Source of the DNA: Escherichia virus TH10
Strand: one strand, 5' to 3'
DNA: 64,000 nucleotides
Sequence record: MT446388.1
In this document: positions 34,568 to 53,934 of the stretch, piece after piece
How the letters are laid out: each line of letters opens with the position of its first letter
How positions within the stretch are numbered: position 1 is the first letter of the stretch
The notes under the pieces: model-generated
What the model saw: the letters and a program-made list of their open reading frames with translations, nothing else
Told to the model about the DNA's origin: nothing
The model's database searches: none
Program-made: the position numbers and the translations under genes

Positions 34568-34966
34568 ATGAAAACAGAATCTAGAGTAATTAATGGTAAG
34601 AAAGTAAATATCGTTCTGCTTGGGGCAAGAGATGGTATTAAGATGTCTATGAAGTTGGGTAAGATTGTTGTTCCAACCTTTGCACAGATGCTGTCAAGTC
34701 TGACTGATAAAGATAAGAAAGAAGCTCCAATGGTTCCATTTAAAGAACTTGTTGAAGCTTGTTTTGACAGAATTGAAGAAATTAACCTTGAAGAAATGGC
34801 TACCCTGTTATTTCAAGGGGCAACTGTTGATGACTTCCCACTTAATATTGATACATACTTCCAAGCAAACTATGGTGAGTTTATTGATTACTTAGCATTT
34901 GCGCTGGAGGCAAACTTCGGAAGTTTTTTCGAAGCAAGCATTTTCAAAAGCCTAACTTCTCAGTAA
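34568..34966 (+). CDS. putative tail assembly chaperone (132 aa)
   Basis: position between tube and tape measure. Confidence 0.5.
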   Translation: MKTESRVINGKKVNIVLLGARDGIKMSMKLGKIVVPTFAQMLSSLTDKDKKEAPMVPFKELVEACFDRIEEINLEEMATLLFQGATVDDFPLNIDTYFQANYGEFIDYLAFALEANFGSFFEASIFKSLTSQ

Positions 34967-34968
34967 AC

Positions 34969-35207
34969 ATGGGTAATACTCTACAGACACCACTGACTGA
35001 TGCTGCTGTAGAGGCAACCTATGAAGAAGCAGACGAGATGAAATTTGTGCTTGCTATTTATGGTATGGAAGGGTGTAAAGAAACACTTGACCAACTCTTT
35101 GCTATGACATTCTCTGATTTATTATCATTGAGACAATTTCTTGAAATTCAGAGGTCGTATAAAGAGGAAATTGCTTACAACGAACTTAGAAGAGCAGGAA
35201 AAATGTA

Positions 35208-35208
<1 letters not shown>
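34969..35208 (+). CDS. putative tail assembly chaperone, second ORF (79 aa)
   Basis: adjacent ORF in different frame; possible frameshift partner. Confidence 0.4.
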
Positions 35209-43221
<8,013 letters not shown>

Positions 43222-43223
43222 TA

Positions 43224-44396
43224 ATGGCAGTAGGTGAAATTCAAATTAGTGCCTTGCCTCAAGCAGCTTTACCAATTGACCTTAGTGATATCTTCCATCT
43301 TAAGCAGGGTATTGAGGATAAGAGGTGTACTCTTGAGCAATTACTTGCTCCACACGCAAGCCTAAGAAATAACCCTCATGGTGTTACTAAAACACAAATT
43401 GGTTTAGATAATGTTATTAATGCTCTTCAGTTAGTCGCTGCAAATAACTTATCAGATATTGTTAATGTAGCTGAGGCAAGAGCAAATCTACAGATTATGT
43501 CTTCAGAAGAGGTTAATAACCTTGTTCAGCAACATATTCAGGACAAGAGCAACCCACACAATACAACTAAGGCACAGGTAGGATTGAGTAATGTTCAGAA
43601 CTGGACAACATCTAACCTTTATAATGAAGATGCAGATAAGTATGCTACAGCAAGAGCAGTAAATAACTTGTACAAGGCTGTTCAGGCTTCCTATCCAGTA
43701 GGTACTATCCATCTTTCCATGAACTCTGCAAACCCTTCTACATACTTAATTTGCGGAGGTACTTGGGAGTTAGTCTCAAAAGGTAGGGCATTGGTTGGTT
43801 ATGCCTCTGATGCAAGACCAGCAGGTTCTGTATTTGGTGCTTCAACTGTCACTTTGTCAGTTAATAATATGCCTCAACACTCCCACTCTGTATCTCTTAG
43901 TGGTGGTGGTCACACTCATAATGCAACTGTGTCAATCTCAGCTTTTGACTATGGAACTAAGACTACCAACTCTTTTGACTATGGAACAAAAGCTACTAAC
44001 ACAACTGGCAACCATACACATAGTGTGTCAGGTAACACGAGTACAAACGGTACTCATGACCATGACGTGTATCCTAGAGAAAATGATGGCACTGGTAATG
44101 CTGTAGCTGACTCTGATGGTGGTGGTGCAAGAAGGACATCAAGGACATCTAGTGATGGCGCACACTCACATAGTTTTAGTGTTACATCTGGTGCATCCGG
44201 TAACCACAGTCATACAGTCGGTATTGGTGCTCACAGCCACACAGTTGGTATTGGTTCACATACACACAGTGGTACTGTGACAGTTTCTTCTTCTGAGCAT
44301 ACACATAGTGGTAACACGAATAGTGTTGGTGGAGGTCAGGCTGTGAATATCGAACAGCCGTCCTTCGTGCTGTATGTATGGCAGAGAACAGCTTAA
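43224..44396 (+). CDS. tail fiber protein with His-x-His repeat tip (390 aa)
   Basis: C-terminal HSHS, HTHN, FDYGTK, NHTHSVSG, HSHSF, HSHTVGIGAHSHTVGIGSHTHSG repeats; C-terminus ..YVWQRTA. Confidence 0.75.
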   Translation: MAVGEIQISALPQAALPIDLSDIFHLKQGIEDKRCTLEQLLAPHASLRNNPHGVTKTQIGLDNVINALQLVAANNLSDIVNVAEARANLQIMSSEEVNNLVQQHIQDKSNPHNTTKAQVGLSNVQNWTTSNLYNEDADKYATARAVNNLYKAVQASYPVGTIHLSMNSANPSTYLICGGTWELVSKGRALVGYASDARPAGSVFGASTVTLSVNNMPQHSHSVSLSGGGHTHNATVSISAFDYGTKTTNSFDYGTKATNTTGNHTHSVSGNTSTNGTHDHDVYPRENDGTGNAVADSDGGGARRTSRTSSDGAHSHSFSVTSGASGNHSHTVGIGAHSHTVGIGSHTHSGTVTVSSSEHTHSGNTNSVGGGQAVNIEQPSFVLYVWQRTA

Positions 44397-44406
44397 TTTC
44401 TTTACA

Positions 44407-44426
44407 GGGGCTTTATAGCCCCTTTT
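44407..44426 (+). terminator. terminator-like hairpin
   Basis: GGGGCT-TTAT-AGCCCC followed by TTTT. Confidence 0.45.
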
Positions 44427-44442
44427 AAGAGGAAAATTTATA

Positions 44443-46800
44443 ATGGCAGATTACAAGTTGAGTGAATTAAACTCAATCGACACAATCCGTTCAGACGACC
44501 TTCTTCATGTCAGAGTTAAAAAGAGACCTGAAATGCTAGGTGATGAAGACCGTCGAATGACCTATCAAGACTTCTTAGCATCTTTTAAGCTTGAAAGATT
44601 TGTCCAGATTGCTGGTAGTACTATGACGGGTGACTTAGGGATTGTTAAGTTACTCTATGGCGGTAAGGCAGTATTTGACCCAACAGATTCTTCTGAGATT
44701 AATATTGGGGATGTTTTAAAGACTTTTAAAATTAACGCAAATGGCCTTAAACTAACTATTGCAGATGCTTCGAGGTCAGCAACTGTTTATCATACTCTGA
44801 ATAAACCAAGTCCTAATGAGCTTGGGATGAGAACTAATGAAGAGAATGATGCAAGATACTCAAGATTGGCTGTAAAAAACACCTTTAGCAGTACTCAAGC
44901 TATTCTCTCTGATAATGAAGCCCTTATTATTAAGAATACCACACAAGGTGCGCCAATCTACATTAGTTGCCAAGATGCAGATGGCACTCAAAGATGGTAT
45001 CTTGGCAATGATGCTTTTAGTAGAGATAACCTTGTTATCAAAAATGTTAAATATGGTGTCTATTTAGCTCTTTTAGACGGCCTATTATCCGTGAACAAAT
45101 CACTCCAGATTGTTGGTCAAGTTCGACCTTCTGATTGGGCTAACTTAGATGCTAGATACTTTACTCAGACAGTCGCTAATCAGAGATTTGCACAGCTAGC
45201 TGGTGATAACACCTTTAGGGGTATTAATAATTTTGTAGGTGAGTTCAAAATTACCAGAGATAATGCTGCGTTAGTTATTAAGAATGCCTCTAATGCAACC
45301 GGACTATACCTACTTGGGGTGAAGGCTGACGGTACAAGCAAATTCTACTTAGGGACTGATACTTCTGACTCTGTAGTTAATCTGCACAACTACAGCACAA
45401 GCACAACCATCTCTTTGTCAGATGTGATTAGTGCTACTAAGACTGTGAGAATCACTGGTCAAGTTCAACCTTCTGATTGGACTAACATTGACTCTAGATA
45501 CGTTCCGGCAGGAACTTTGAGCAATCTTGCTAAACTCAGTGACATGAATACTTTTAGGTCTGCACAAATTATTACACAAAATGGTTCATTGTTGCGACTA
45601 AAAAACACTGTTCAGGATAATGAACTGTACCTTTCTGGTCATAATGCTGATAATGCGAGAAGGTGGTACATCGGGACTGCTGATAGAGCAAACCCATCTA
45701 GATTCATTATCCACAATGATAAAACTGTGACCACTATTTTTATGGAAGATGACTTTTTGCTAAATAAAACTGTAAGGATTACTGGTCAAGTACAACCTTC
45801 TGACTTCTCTAACTTAGATGCTAGATACTATACCCAATCTGCCGCAAACGCAAGATATATGCTTGCAAGCATCACTGGCTCAGCTTCTGAAGCAGATGGC
45901 GGTGATGGTGTTGCATGGAATGCAAAAACAGGTCTCTATAAGGTTACTAACACAAGTGGCCAGTCCTCTCTTCTTGTGTATCACATGTTTTTGGGCACTA
46001 GTTCTACGCCATCTGCACAATTAAAGTTTAATTTTAAAAATGGTGGGATGTGGTATAGAACAGCAAGAGATAGCTATGGTTTTGAGGCCAGTTGGTCTAA
46101 AGTTTACACAGATACTCAAAAACCAACCCCTTCAGAAATTGGTGCATATACTAAAGCCGAAACTGACCAGAAAATTGCAACAGCAATTAGTGACTCTACA
46201 GACCTTAATAAAATCTATCCAGTAGGTATTGTAACGTGGTTTAACAGTAATGTTGACCCTAATACAGCACTTCCTGGGTTAACTTGGACGTACCTTAACA
46301 ATGGTGTTGGTAGGACTATCAGGATTGCAGCAGCAAATGGTTCAGATGTTGCTACAACTGGTGGTTCAGACTCTGTAACGTTGTCTGTTGGTAACTTACC
46401 ATCACACACCCATAGTTTCTCTGCTACCACTTCATCTTTTGATTATGGTACAAAGAACACTAATAACACTGGTGCTCACACCCACTCTGTAAGTGGTACT
46501 GCTAACTCTGGTGGTGGACACGCACATAGAATCTCACAAGGTGACAACGCTAACGTACCATCTGGTCGTGTTGCTTCATCAAACTCTGCTCAAACGCACG
46601 TTGGTTGGACAGAAAGTGATGGTGTTCACACTCACTCTGTAAGTGGTTCTGCTGCATCTGCTGGGGGACATGCTCATTCTGTAGGTATTGGCGCTCACAG
46701 TCACACAGTTAGTGGTAACACTGGTGGTACAGGTTCTGGTTCAGCATTCAGTGTTACTAACCAGTTCTACAAGTTAATGGCTTGGGTAAGAACTGCTTAA
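44443..46800 (+). CDS. long tail fiber protein with triplicated shaft repeats and His-x-His tip (785 aa)
   Basis: three internal repeats (..(V/L)(R/Q)I(T/V)GQV(Q/R)PSD(W/F).N(L/I)D(A/S)RY..); C-terminal FDYGTKNTNNTGAHTHSVSG..HAHSVGIGAHSHTVSG; C-terminus ..MAWVRTA. Confidence 0.8.
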   Translation: MADYKLSELNSIDTIRSDDLLHVRVKKRPEMLGDEDRRMTYQDFLASFKLERFVQIAGSTMTGDLGIVKLLYGGKAVFDPTDSSEINIGDVLKTFKINANGLKLTIADASRSATVYHTLNKPSPNELGMRTNEENDARYSRLAVKNTFSSTQAILSDNEALIIKNTTQGAPIYISCQDADGTQRWYLGNDAFSRDNLVIKNVKYGVYLALLDGLLSVNKSLQIVGQVRPSDWANLDARYFTQTVANQRFAQLAGDNTFRGINNFVGEFKITRDNAALVIKNASNATGLYLLGVKADGTSKFYLGTDTSDSVVNLHNYSTSTTISLSDVISATKTVRITGQVQPSDWTNIDSRYVPAGTLSNLAKLSDMNTFRSAQIITQNGSLLRLKNTVQDNELYLSGHNADNARRWYIGTADRANPSRFIIHNDKTVTTIFMEDDFLLNKTVRITGQVQPSDFSNLDARYYTQSAANARYMLASITGSASEADGGDGVAWNAKTGLYKVTNTSGQSSLLVYHMFLGTSSTPSAQLKFNFKNGGMWYRTARDSYGFEASWSKVYTDTQKPTPSEIGAYTKAETDQKIATAISDSTDLNKIYPVGIVTWFNSNVDPNTALPGLTWTYLNNGVGRTIRIAAANGSDVATTGGSDSVTLSVGNLPSHTHSFSATTSSFDYGTKNTNNTGAHTHSVSGTANSGGGHAHRISQGDNANVPSGRVASSNSAQTHVGWTESDGVHTHSVSGSAASAGGHAHSVGIGAHSHTVSGNTGGTGSGSAFSVTNQFYKLMAWVRTA

Positions 46801-46879
46801 TCCCTTGTTGACTGATTGTTAAGATGGTGTTAATATTCTTTATGGGTATTCTCACCATCTTGGCTGATGAGGTGATTAA

Positions 46880-47077
46880 ATGCCTACAATCCTAGCAATT
46901 CTTCTAAAAAATCTAGGTAGCTTCTTCTGGAAACTCATTTTATCCCTTCTAAGTGAATACATGATTGAGAAAGTGTTCTTTAGGCTTGCAAGATACCTTG
47001 CGAGTAAAACAGACACACCTATTGATGATGAGTTCGTAGATAACTTAGAAAAAGCTTTTAAGGGGGAGAATAAATGA
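46880..47077 (+). CDS. hypothetical small membrane protein (65 aa)
   Basis: N-terminal hydrophobic segment. Confidence 0.45.
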   Translation: MPTILAILLKNLGSFFWKLILSLLSEYMIEKVFFRLARYLASKTDTPIDDEFVDNLEKAFKGENK

Positions 47078-47445
47078 AGTGGCTAGAGGAAGCTTTTAAA
47101 AATAATATTGGTGCAATTGTAGTTGGTATTTTTAGTGTTATTGGGATGTATACCACCATGCAAGTTTCAAGTGGTAAACAAGAAGTGTCTGTCACAACAA
47201 AGTTACAGCAGCTAGATAATTATTCCAAAAGTAACTATTCAGCTATTCGTGATTTACAGTCTGACATGAGATTGATTCAGCTAGGGATGGAGAACCAGAA
47301 AGTTCAGTTAGAGAATGTTAAGGGCGAAAACGCAAAACTTACCAAAACTCTTGATAAATTTTCTGACAGTGTAAATAATCTGGCTCAATCAGTATCAGCC
47401 CTCCAAGCTATTACTGAGAAGAACACAAAGAATACTGAAAAATAA
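47074..47445 (+). CDS. hypothetical membrane-anchored coiled-coil protein (123 aa)
   Basis: N-terminal TM (IGAIVVGIFSVIGMY) then heptad-like region. Confidence 0.5.
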   Translation: MKWLEEAFKNNIGAIVVGIFSVIGMYTTMQVSSGKQEVSVTTKLQQLDNYSKSNYSAIRDLQSDMRLIQLGMENQKVQLENVKGENAKLTKTLDKFSDSVNNLAQSVSALQAITEKNTKNTEK

Positions 47446-47453
47446 AATTTTAA

Positions 47454-47485
47454 GGCTCCTTTTGACGGGAGCCTTTTTTGTTTTT
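47454..47485. terminator. bidirectional rho-independent terminator
   Basis: GGCTCC-TTTTGAC-GGGAGCC flanked by A-run upstream and T-run downstream; sits between convergent genes. Confidence 0.7.
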
Positions 47486-48383
47486 ACTTACCTACTGACA
47501 AAGGCGCTTCAATCTTTCCTGCATGTTGGTAGTTGTTAATTCCACCGATAAAGTCACTTGCAGTGAGATGTTTTAGGTCACTTAAAGTGTTAAGTGGGAT
47601 ACCAATCTCAAAAGTTGGTGCATGGAACTCTTCATTGTTCATCAGTTCATAAACCTGCTTCATATGGTTCTGATAAATCTGAGTATCTCCAAAGACACCT
47701 ATCAAATATCGTGGAGTGTATCCAGTCATCTTACAAAGGACTTCCAGAATAAAACCATAAGATGCAATGTTAAACGGAAGCCCTAAAAAGGTGTCTACAG
47801 AACGCTGATACCATTGTAAGTCAACTTCACCCTCGTTGGTGATATAAATCTGAAACAGAACATGACAAGGTGCTAAAGCCATCGAGTTTGCTGCAATATC
47901 TGCTGCATTCCAAGCATTAACAAGCATGTAACGGTCTGTGATATCACCTTTCATCTTCGTTACTAAGGTTTCTAACTGGTCTACAACACAACCATTATGA
48001 CCTTCAAAGTTTCTCCACTGAACCCCGTAGATTCTCCCACCTGCATCTTCTAACCAGTCTTGCTCAGAAGAATAGTTAGAGCTTAACCAACGTTTAAAAT
48101 CATCTGACCAGATAGTCCAACGTTCTCCATCATTTTCACCCCAAGTGCGATAACGGAGTTCACCAAGTTTATTCTCACCATTCAGGAACCATAAAGCTTC
48201 CCCAATGACTTGCCGTGTAAACACCTGTTTAGATGTTAAGAGTGGGAAACCAGTACGCATATCAAAACGAAACTTAGGTGGAGCAAATGCAGAGATAACA
48301 TCTCCAGTTCGTGTAGTACGCAGTTCACCAACGGATAAAACATGGTTCAGGATATTTTTGTAACTTGTATCTGCTTGTGACAT
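47484..48383 (-). CDS. thyA: thymidylate synthase
   Basis: active-site ALAPCH, LGLPFNIASY and RTGTG-like (RTTRTG) motifs. Confidence 0.9.
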   Translation of the reverse strand: MSQADTSYKNILNHVLSVGELRTTRTGDVISAFAPPKFRFDMRTGFPLLTSKQVFTRQVIGEALWFLNGENKLGELRYRTWGENDGERWTIWSDDFKRWLSSNYSSEQDWLEDAGGRIYGVQWRNFEGHNGCVVDQLETLVTKMKGDITDRYMLVNAWNAADIAANSMALAPCHVLFQIYITNEGEVDLQWYQRSVDTFLGLPFNIASYGFILEVLCKMTGYTPRYLIGVFGDTQIYQNHMKQVYELMNNEEFHAPTFEIGIPLNTLSDLKHLTASDFIGGINNYQHAGKIEAPLSVGK

Positions 48384-48384
48384 A

Positions 48385-48930
48385 TCAAAAGTGTCCTTTT
48401 ACTTGTGGAACATAAATTTCAAAGGTTGCTTTACCATCCTCTGATGGTTTTGACTGTACCTTTGTGAATACACGGTTATCATACAGCTTCTCAAAGAAGT
48501 TTTCAAAAGGTAAATGCACAGTGGCCTCTTCAGTAACTTTATGGAAAACTGTATGGAAAACTACACCAGCATACGGTAAAGCATTGACAAGGACACCTGC
48601 ACCACCAATTACAAAGACATCTTCATCAATAGAGCTATCAAGATAGTTCAAAAATGCTCCAAAGGATTCTTTACTGGCCTTAGCATACATTACCTCATCT
48701 TTGCCAAAGTCTATGCCTAAGTATGGTACAGAATTTGTTAAGATGAGGTTTGCACGTTCTGGTAAAGGCTTACTCCCCAGAGTCTTGAAAGTCTCGTTAC
48801 CCATCACTACTAAGTTGTTTTTAGTAAGTCTCTTAAACTCTTGCATATCCTGTTTATGTCGAGGCCACGGCATACCAGTTGGAGTACCAAACTCCCCATT
48901 TTCACCACTTGCAAAGATTAATTTAATCAT
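48385..48930 (-). CDS. folA: dihydrofolate reductase
   Basis: N-terminal GMPWPRHKQDMQEF and VIGGAGV motifs; adjacent to thyA. Confidence 0.85.
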   Translation of the reverse strand: MIKLIFASGENGEFGTPTGMPWPRHKQDMQEFKRLTKNNLVVMGNETFKTLGSKPLPERANLILTNSVPYLGIDFGKDEVMYAKASKESFGAFLNYLDSSIDEDVFVIGGAGVLVNALPYAGVVFHTVFHKVTEEATVHLPFENFFEKLYDNRVFTKVQSKPSEDGKATFEIYVPQVKGHF

Positions 48931-49187
48931 TTTGTAAATCCTTTCTTAATGAACCAGTTGATAACATTCTTCACAGCTTTATTGCTATGGTAGATTAAGT
49001 GTGGTGTAGGTTGGTATGAACCATAAGCCCAGAAAGCAATGATTGCATTACACCCTGTACACCTTGTACTCTCTTCAGCAATATGACCGTTGACTATTTC
49101 ACTTACCTCACCTTGTAAGTCTGTACATCCACAATGTGGACAACGGATAGGTGCTCCGTCAGACTCATAGCAGTGTTCAATTTTCAT
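48927..49187 (-). CDS. hypothetical zinc-ribbon protein (86 aa)
   Basis: CPHCGC..CTGC Cys pairs. Confidence 0.5.
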   Translation of the reverse strand: MKIEHCYESDGAPIRCPHCGCTDLQGEVSEIVNGHIAEESTRCTGCNAIIAFWAYGSYQPTPHLIYHSNKAVKNVINWFIKKGFTK

Positions 49188-49703
49188 TTATTTAACCTCA
49201 AAAACTGGCTCAAGAGCCAATATAAAGTCTACACAGTCATCTTCTTCATCCAGAATACCATCAAAGTTCTTAGGAACGAAGTCGAAGAGGCTCATAACAA
49301 AGCAGTCAGAAGTAACCCTGATAGTGCCTCCCATATTCTCTACAGTCAACACTGTACGGCTTTCTTTTACCTCTCTCAGAAGATTACTCACAAAGTCATC
49401 TAAGAAGTATTTCATCAGTGACTTAAAGCCTTTAGGGTAATCTGTACCAGAGTATGTTTCAATCTGGGGCACAAGCTTAACATTTATACTAGTCTTTGTT
49501 AAGAACGTGCTAGAGAACATACTGTCAGGTAACTTACAAACAGTCTTTCCAGTACCTTCATGTTCAATCTCAACAAAACCAGCTTCGTCACCACATGTAA
49601 CTATTTTAAAAGATGCTTCATTCTCATACTGTGAAGCCATAAACTTTTTAAGCATCTCTTTAAGGAAATCTGCATGAGCATCTTGTAAGTAGATATCAAT
49701 CAT
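49188..49703 (-). CDS. hypothetical protein (171 aa)
   Basis: ORF. Confidence 0.55.
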   Translation of the reverse strand: MIDIYLQDAHADFLKEMLKKFMASQYENEASFKIVTCGDEAGFVEIEHEGTGKTVCKLPDSMFSSTFLTKTSINVKLVPQIETYSGTDYPKGFKSLMKYFLDDFVSNLLREVKESRTVLTVENMGGTIRVTSDCFVMSLFDFVPKNFDGILDEEDDCVDFILALEPVFEVK

Positions 49704-49716
49704 AGTTAATCACCTA

Positions 49717-50076
49717 TTATGGGAACAGACACTTGATGTCATCGTTTTTAAAAACAAAACTTGTGTAGTTATGACCATCAACATCCAGCCAAACAGCCTG
49801 AACATCTACACCATCAAGGTTGTGGTAAAGCTCTTTGATGAAGTGGTCTTTTACAATCTGGCTGCTAGTTGTTTCCAGCTTAATGTTTGAGATTGCTGAA
49901 CCTACAGCCATATAGCCCATGACACGTTTCTTCTCAGTATGCTTAATCTTACCATCTTTGTAAGCCATAATGAGATTGGAGAGAATCTTCACACCATAAT
50001 ACTTTTCAAGGTGAGTAGGTACACCATAAAAGCCTAATGCAAAGTTTTCAGAGTGGATAATGTTTTCACGTTTCAT
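49717..50076 (-). CDS. hypothetical protein (119 aa)
   Basis: ORF. Confidence 0.5.
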   Translation of the reverse strand: MKRENIIHSENFALGFYGVPTHLEKYYGVKILSNLIMAYKDGKIKHTEKKRVMGYMAVGSAISNIKLETTSSQIVKDHFIKELYHNLDGVDVQAVWLDVDGHNYTSFVFKNDDIKCLFP

Positions 50077-50077
50077 A

Positions 50078-50407
50078 TTAATCTGCCAACCTTAAATTAA
50101 AATTAACACCAAATTTTTCACAGACACCCAACATATACTCAAGGGAGACATTACCAGTGAGGTGGATTATGTTGGATACACGAGCCTGAGAGATACCACA
50201 AATTTTAGCAACTTGCTCTTGAGAAAGACCTCTGGATTTAATCTCTCTCTTAAAACGATGTGCAACGAAATCTCTCATTTCGTCTACATCCATTGGACAA
50301 ATATAACTCTCCATTTCAGCCTCTCTGTCAGCCTCCCAATCATCTTGTGGAGCATAAGGGTCAAAAACCTCATTCATCTTTCTTCTTCCGTTTTCGTGAA
50401 GTGTCAA
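50078..50407 (-). CDS. putative HTH (XRE-type) DNA-binding protein (109 aa)
   Basis: LSQEQVAKICGISQARVSNI helix-turn-helix signature. Confidence 0.6.
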   Translation of the reverse strand: MTLHENGRRKMNEVFDPYAPQDDWEADREAEMESYICPMDVDEMRDFVAHRFKREIKSRGLSQEQVAKICGISQARVSNIIHLTGNVSLEYMLGVCEKFGVNFNLRLAD

Positions 50408-50582
50408 TCAATGAATCTATGTTTGTAGCCCTAACCTTTTCACGTTCATCGTTAAGATAATCGTCAAGAGCCTTTTCAATCTGTGAATCATCCTGACAGA
50501 TGACTGTAAAGACTGTAAAGCCGTCTGTATCGTCAATTATCTTACCATAACCGCTTCTGGGATGTAACTTTTTAAGAGCCAT
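50370..50582 (-). CDS. hypothetical protein (70 aa)
   Basis: ORF; start may be shifted to reduce overlap. Confidence 0.4.
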   Translation of the reverse strand: MALKKLHPRSGYGKIIDDTDGFTVFTVICQDDSQIEKALDDYLNDEREKVRATNIDSLIDTSRKRKKKDE

Positions 50583-50583
50583 A

Positions 50584-50967
50584 TCAAATACCTGTGCAGC
50601 TTCTGTTTTCTAAGAAATACTCAACACCATACATAGCTTTTTGCATCAAATCTTCTTTAAACTGGATACGATGATTGAGCATAGCCTGTACATCAATATC
50701 ATCAGGGTGCTTCTCTTTAATATTTGCAGATTGCAGGAAATACTCTGCAAGAACACGATACTGATAGTCAGTTACCTTATCAGTCATCTCTGTTAAAGAC
50801 TCTTCAGAGATTGGTTTAAGTAGTTCACCTTTAGATAGGGCAACACCTTTAACAATCTGGCAAGTGTCTTCTGGAACACCTGATAAGTCCACATTTGGAA
50901 GTTCTGTTGCATTGACTGGTAAATTCATTGCCATAACCATTGCAGCAGCTAATAAAATCTTTTTCAT
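50584..50967 (-). CDS. hypothetical secreted protein (127 aa)
   Basis: N-terminal signal-peptide-like MKKILLAAAMVMAMNLPVNA. Confidence 0.6.
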   Translation of the reverse strand: MKKILLAAAMVMAMNLPVNATELPNVDLSGVPEDTCQIVKGVALSKGELLKPISEESLTEMTDKVTDYQYRVLAEYFLQSANIKEKHPDDIDVQAMLNHRIQFKEDLMQKAMYGVEYFLENRSCTGI

Positions 50968-51353
50968 AATGACCTCAAAGTTATATTAAATTTTGTATTA
51001 CATTGAGTATAAAAATAAGCTATAACACCTGACTTGTCAACAGATTTTATAGCTTATTTGGCAGATTTTTTATAAGGCTACTGCCATCCTTCCAAACTAT
51101 ACCAAACCTAACCCCACCTAACCCCACCTAACCCTACCACACCAGACCTAGCCTAACCTTGTTAAAAGACCCTCTTAAAGACCTTTTAAAAAGGTAAGTC
51201 TCATTTTAATGTAGCTGAGACTAACTACCCATACCAGACCCTACCTTACCAAACCAGACCTCACTCTACCCCACCATACCGTATACTACCTCATTAAAAG
51301 ACCCTCTTAAAGACCTTTTAAAAAGGAGCCTCCGAAGAGGCTACCTAGTCAAC
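50968..51353. repeat. CA-rich repeat region R1 with conserved core
   Basis: iterated CCAGACC/CCTTACC/CCTAACC units; about 65-bp core (51164-51240) near-identical to 52575-52641; terminator-like AGCCTCCGAAGAGGCT at about 51327. Confidence 0.7.
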
Positions 51354-51794
51354 TTAGAAAGGTTTTCTGCGTTGCTTGTTAATGTTAGCTTTCATAGCAG
51401 CTAAGTGGTTTTGCTGTTCAATTAGTCGTGAACGTTCTTGGTGGCTAAGTGCCATAGTGTTCACATTCTCAATCGCTTGAGTGGCTTGCTTTAAAGCACG
51501 ACCAATCTTACCAGACATTTTACGTTTTGCAATAGTTGCTTGATGCTTAGGTTCAACCACACGATAACCAACACCCATTGAAGCAACCAGATAAATCTTC
51601 TCTTCTTTAAGAAGCTTCTCAATAAACTTCTCAAGTCGGTTTAGACGTGTAAGCGCATAAGCCTTCATTTCATCTTCGTACTTAACAATGTCACCTTGAT
51701 AAGTTGGTTTCACAATACCTAAGAAGGTATCCATCTCAGAATGTGATACAGTGTCACCGTAACTAAACTTTGCTGCTAATGCTTTTGTATTCAT
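51354..51794 (-). CDS. hypothetical protein (146 aa)
   Basis: ORF flanked by repeat regions. Confidence 0.55.
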   Translation of the reverse strand: MNTKALAAKFSYGDTVSHSEMDTFLGIVKPTYQGDIVKYEDEMKAYALTRLNRLEKFIEKLLKEEKIYLVASMGVGYRVVEPKHQATIAKRKMSGKIGRALKQATQAIENVNTMALSHQERSRLIEQQNHLAAMKANINKQRRKPF

Positions 51795-51796
51795 AA

Positions 51797-52833
<1,037 letters not shown>

Positions 52834-53934
52834 TTATTCGTAATCTCGAATAACTAACCCAACAGGGAACTGTAAAGAACCCTTACGAGTCATCTTCTGG
52901 AACTGAACAGTTAAAGGTTTCCCGATAAACTCTTCAGGATGTTCAGCAAGATACTGTTTCTTCTCATGAGTAGTCTTCCATGAGACATCTACAAAGACGT
53001 TAGGAAGAGTCTCTACGACGAACTTACCATGACCACGTTTATCAGTCTTTACACCAGTTACTTTAAACTCTTCAGTGTGCATCTTCTTGTGCTTAATCAA
53101 GAAGTATGAACGGTGACAACACTCATAGAAGGAGTCTTCAGAGATTGAACGGTACATTGCACCTTCAAACTTAGCTTCAACCCACTTATCATGAGCTTCA
53201 TCAAACTCTTCCCAAGAGTTAACACGACGAGACTTAACAGGGACAACTTTACAGCCGTCTCTGAAGTCATTCAATGGTGAAGTCTCAATAATATCTCTAC
53301 GCTCAGGCCACGTCTTAGTGCTGTCACAGATATCATACCAGTAGAACTGGAGTAGATGTCGGTCTGGATTGTCAGCATTCTTAATCATAGACACAATATC
53401 TTCTAAGTCCCAACCATGAGCATAAATCTCACCATCAAAGTCTTCTACTTGTGGATGCAATTTAAGCAACAAAAGCAAATCTGGGATTAGTTCTTCTGGG
53501 ACGTTGTAAATAGTATTCTCACGAGAATAAGCCGTGAAGTTAACTAAATCAGCATCTCTTGAAATCCTACAACGGACACCATCAAGTTTCGGTTGAGCAT
53601 CAGCAGGGAACTTCAGATACTTTGCGTGACTAACCTTTGCAGCATCATGAGCAAGCTGTACACCCACCTTTTCAGTATTCTGTGCAGACTCTTTTGTGTA
53701 AGCATAACCTTTACGGTCAACTTGCTTTTTATACTTAGCAGCAACTTCAAAGAGAGCTTGCTGTTCAGCGTTACGCTCATTCTTTTTACCGATGTTTTTA
53801 GGTTCTGCTGTATACTCTTCAAACATCATCTTGCCATTTTCTTTACCGTAGGTTGTGATAACTTTGTCGCCTACAGCAACACATGACCAGACGTTGAAGG
53901 AACCATCTTTATTTTGTTTGTACAGAATTGTCAT
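52834..53934 (-). CDS. ATP-dependent DNA ligase
   Basis: motif I KLDGVRC (KxDG), EGAMYR and LIKHKK motifs; start trimmed to Met preceded by GAGGT RBS. Confidence 0.8.
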   Translation of the reverse strand: MTILYKQNKDGSFNVWSCVAVGDKVITTYGKENGKMMFEEYTAEPKNIGKKNERNAEQQALFEVAAKYKKQVDRKGYAYTKESAQNTEKVGVQLAHDAAKVSHAKYLKFPADAQPKLDGVRCRISRDADLVNFTAYSRENTIYNVPEELIPDLLLLLKLHPQVEDFDGEIYAHGWDLEDIVSMIKNADNPDRHLLQFYWYDICDSTKTWPERRDIIETSPLNDFRDGCKVVPVKSRRVNSWEEFDEAHDKWVEAKFEGAMYRSISEDSFYECCHRSYFLIKHKKMHTEEFKVTGVKTDKRGHGKFVVETLPNVFVDVSWKTTHEKKQYLAEHPEEFIGKPLTVQFQKMTRKGSLQFPVGLVIRDYE

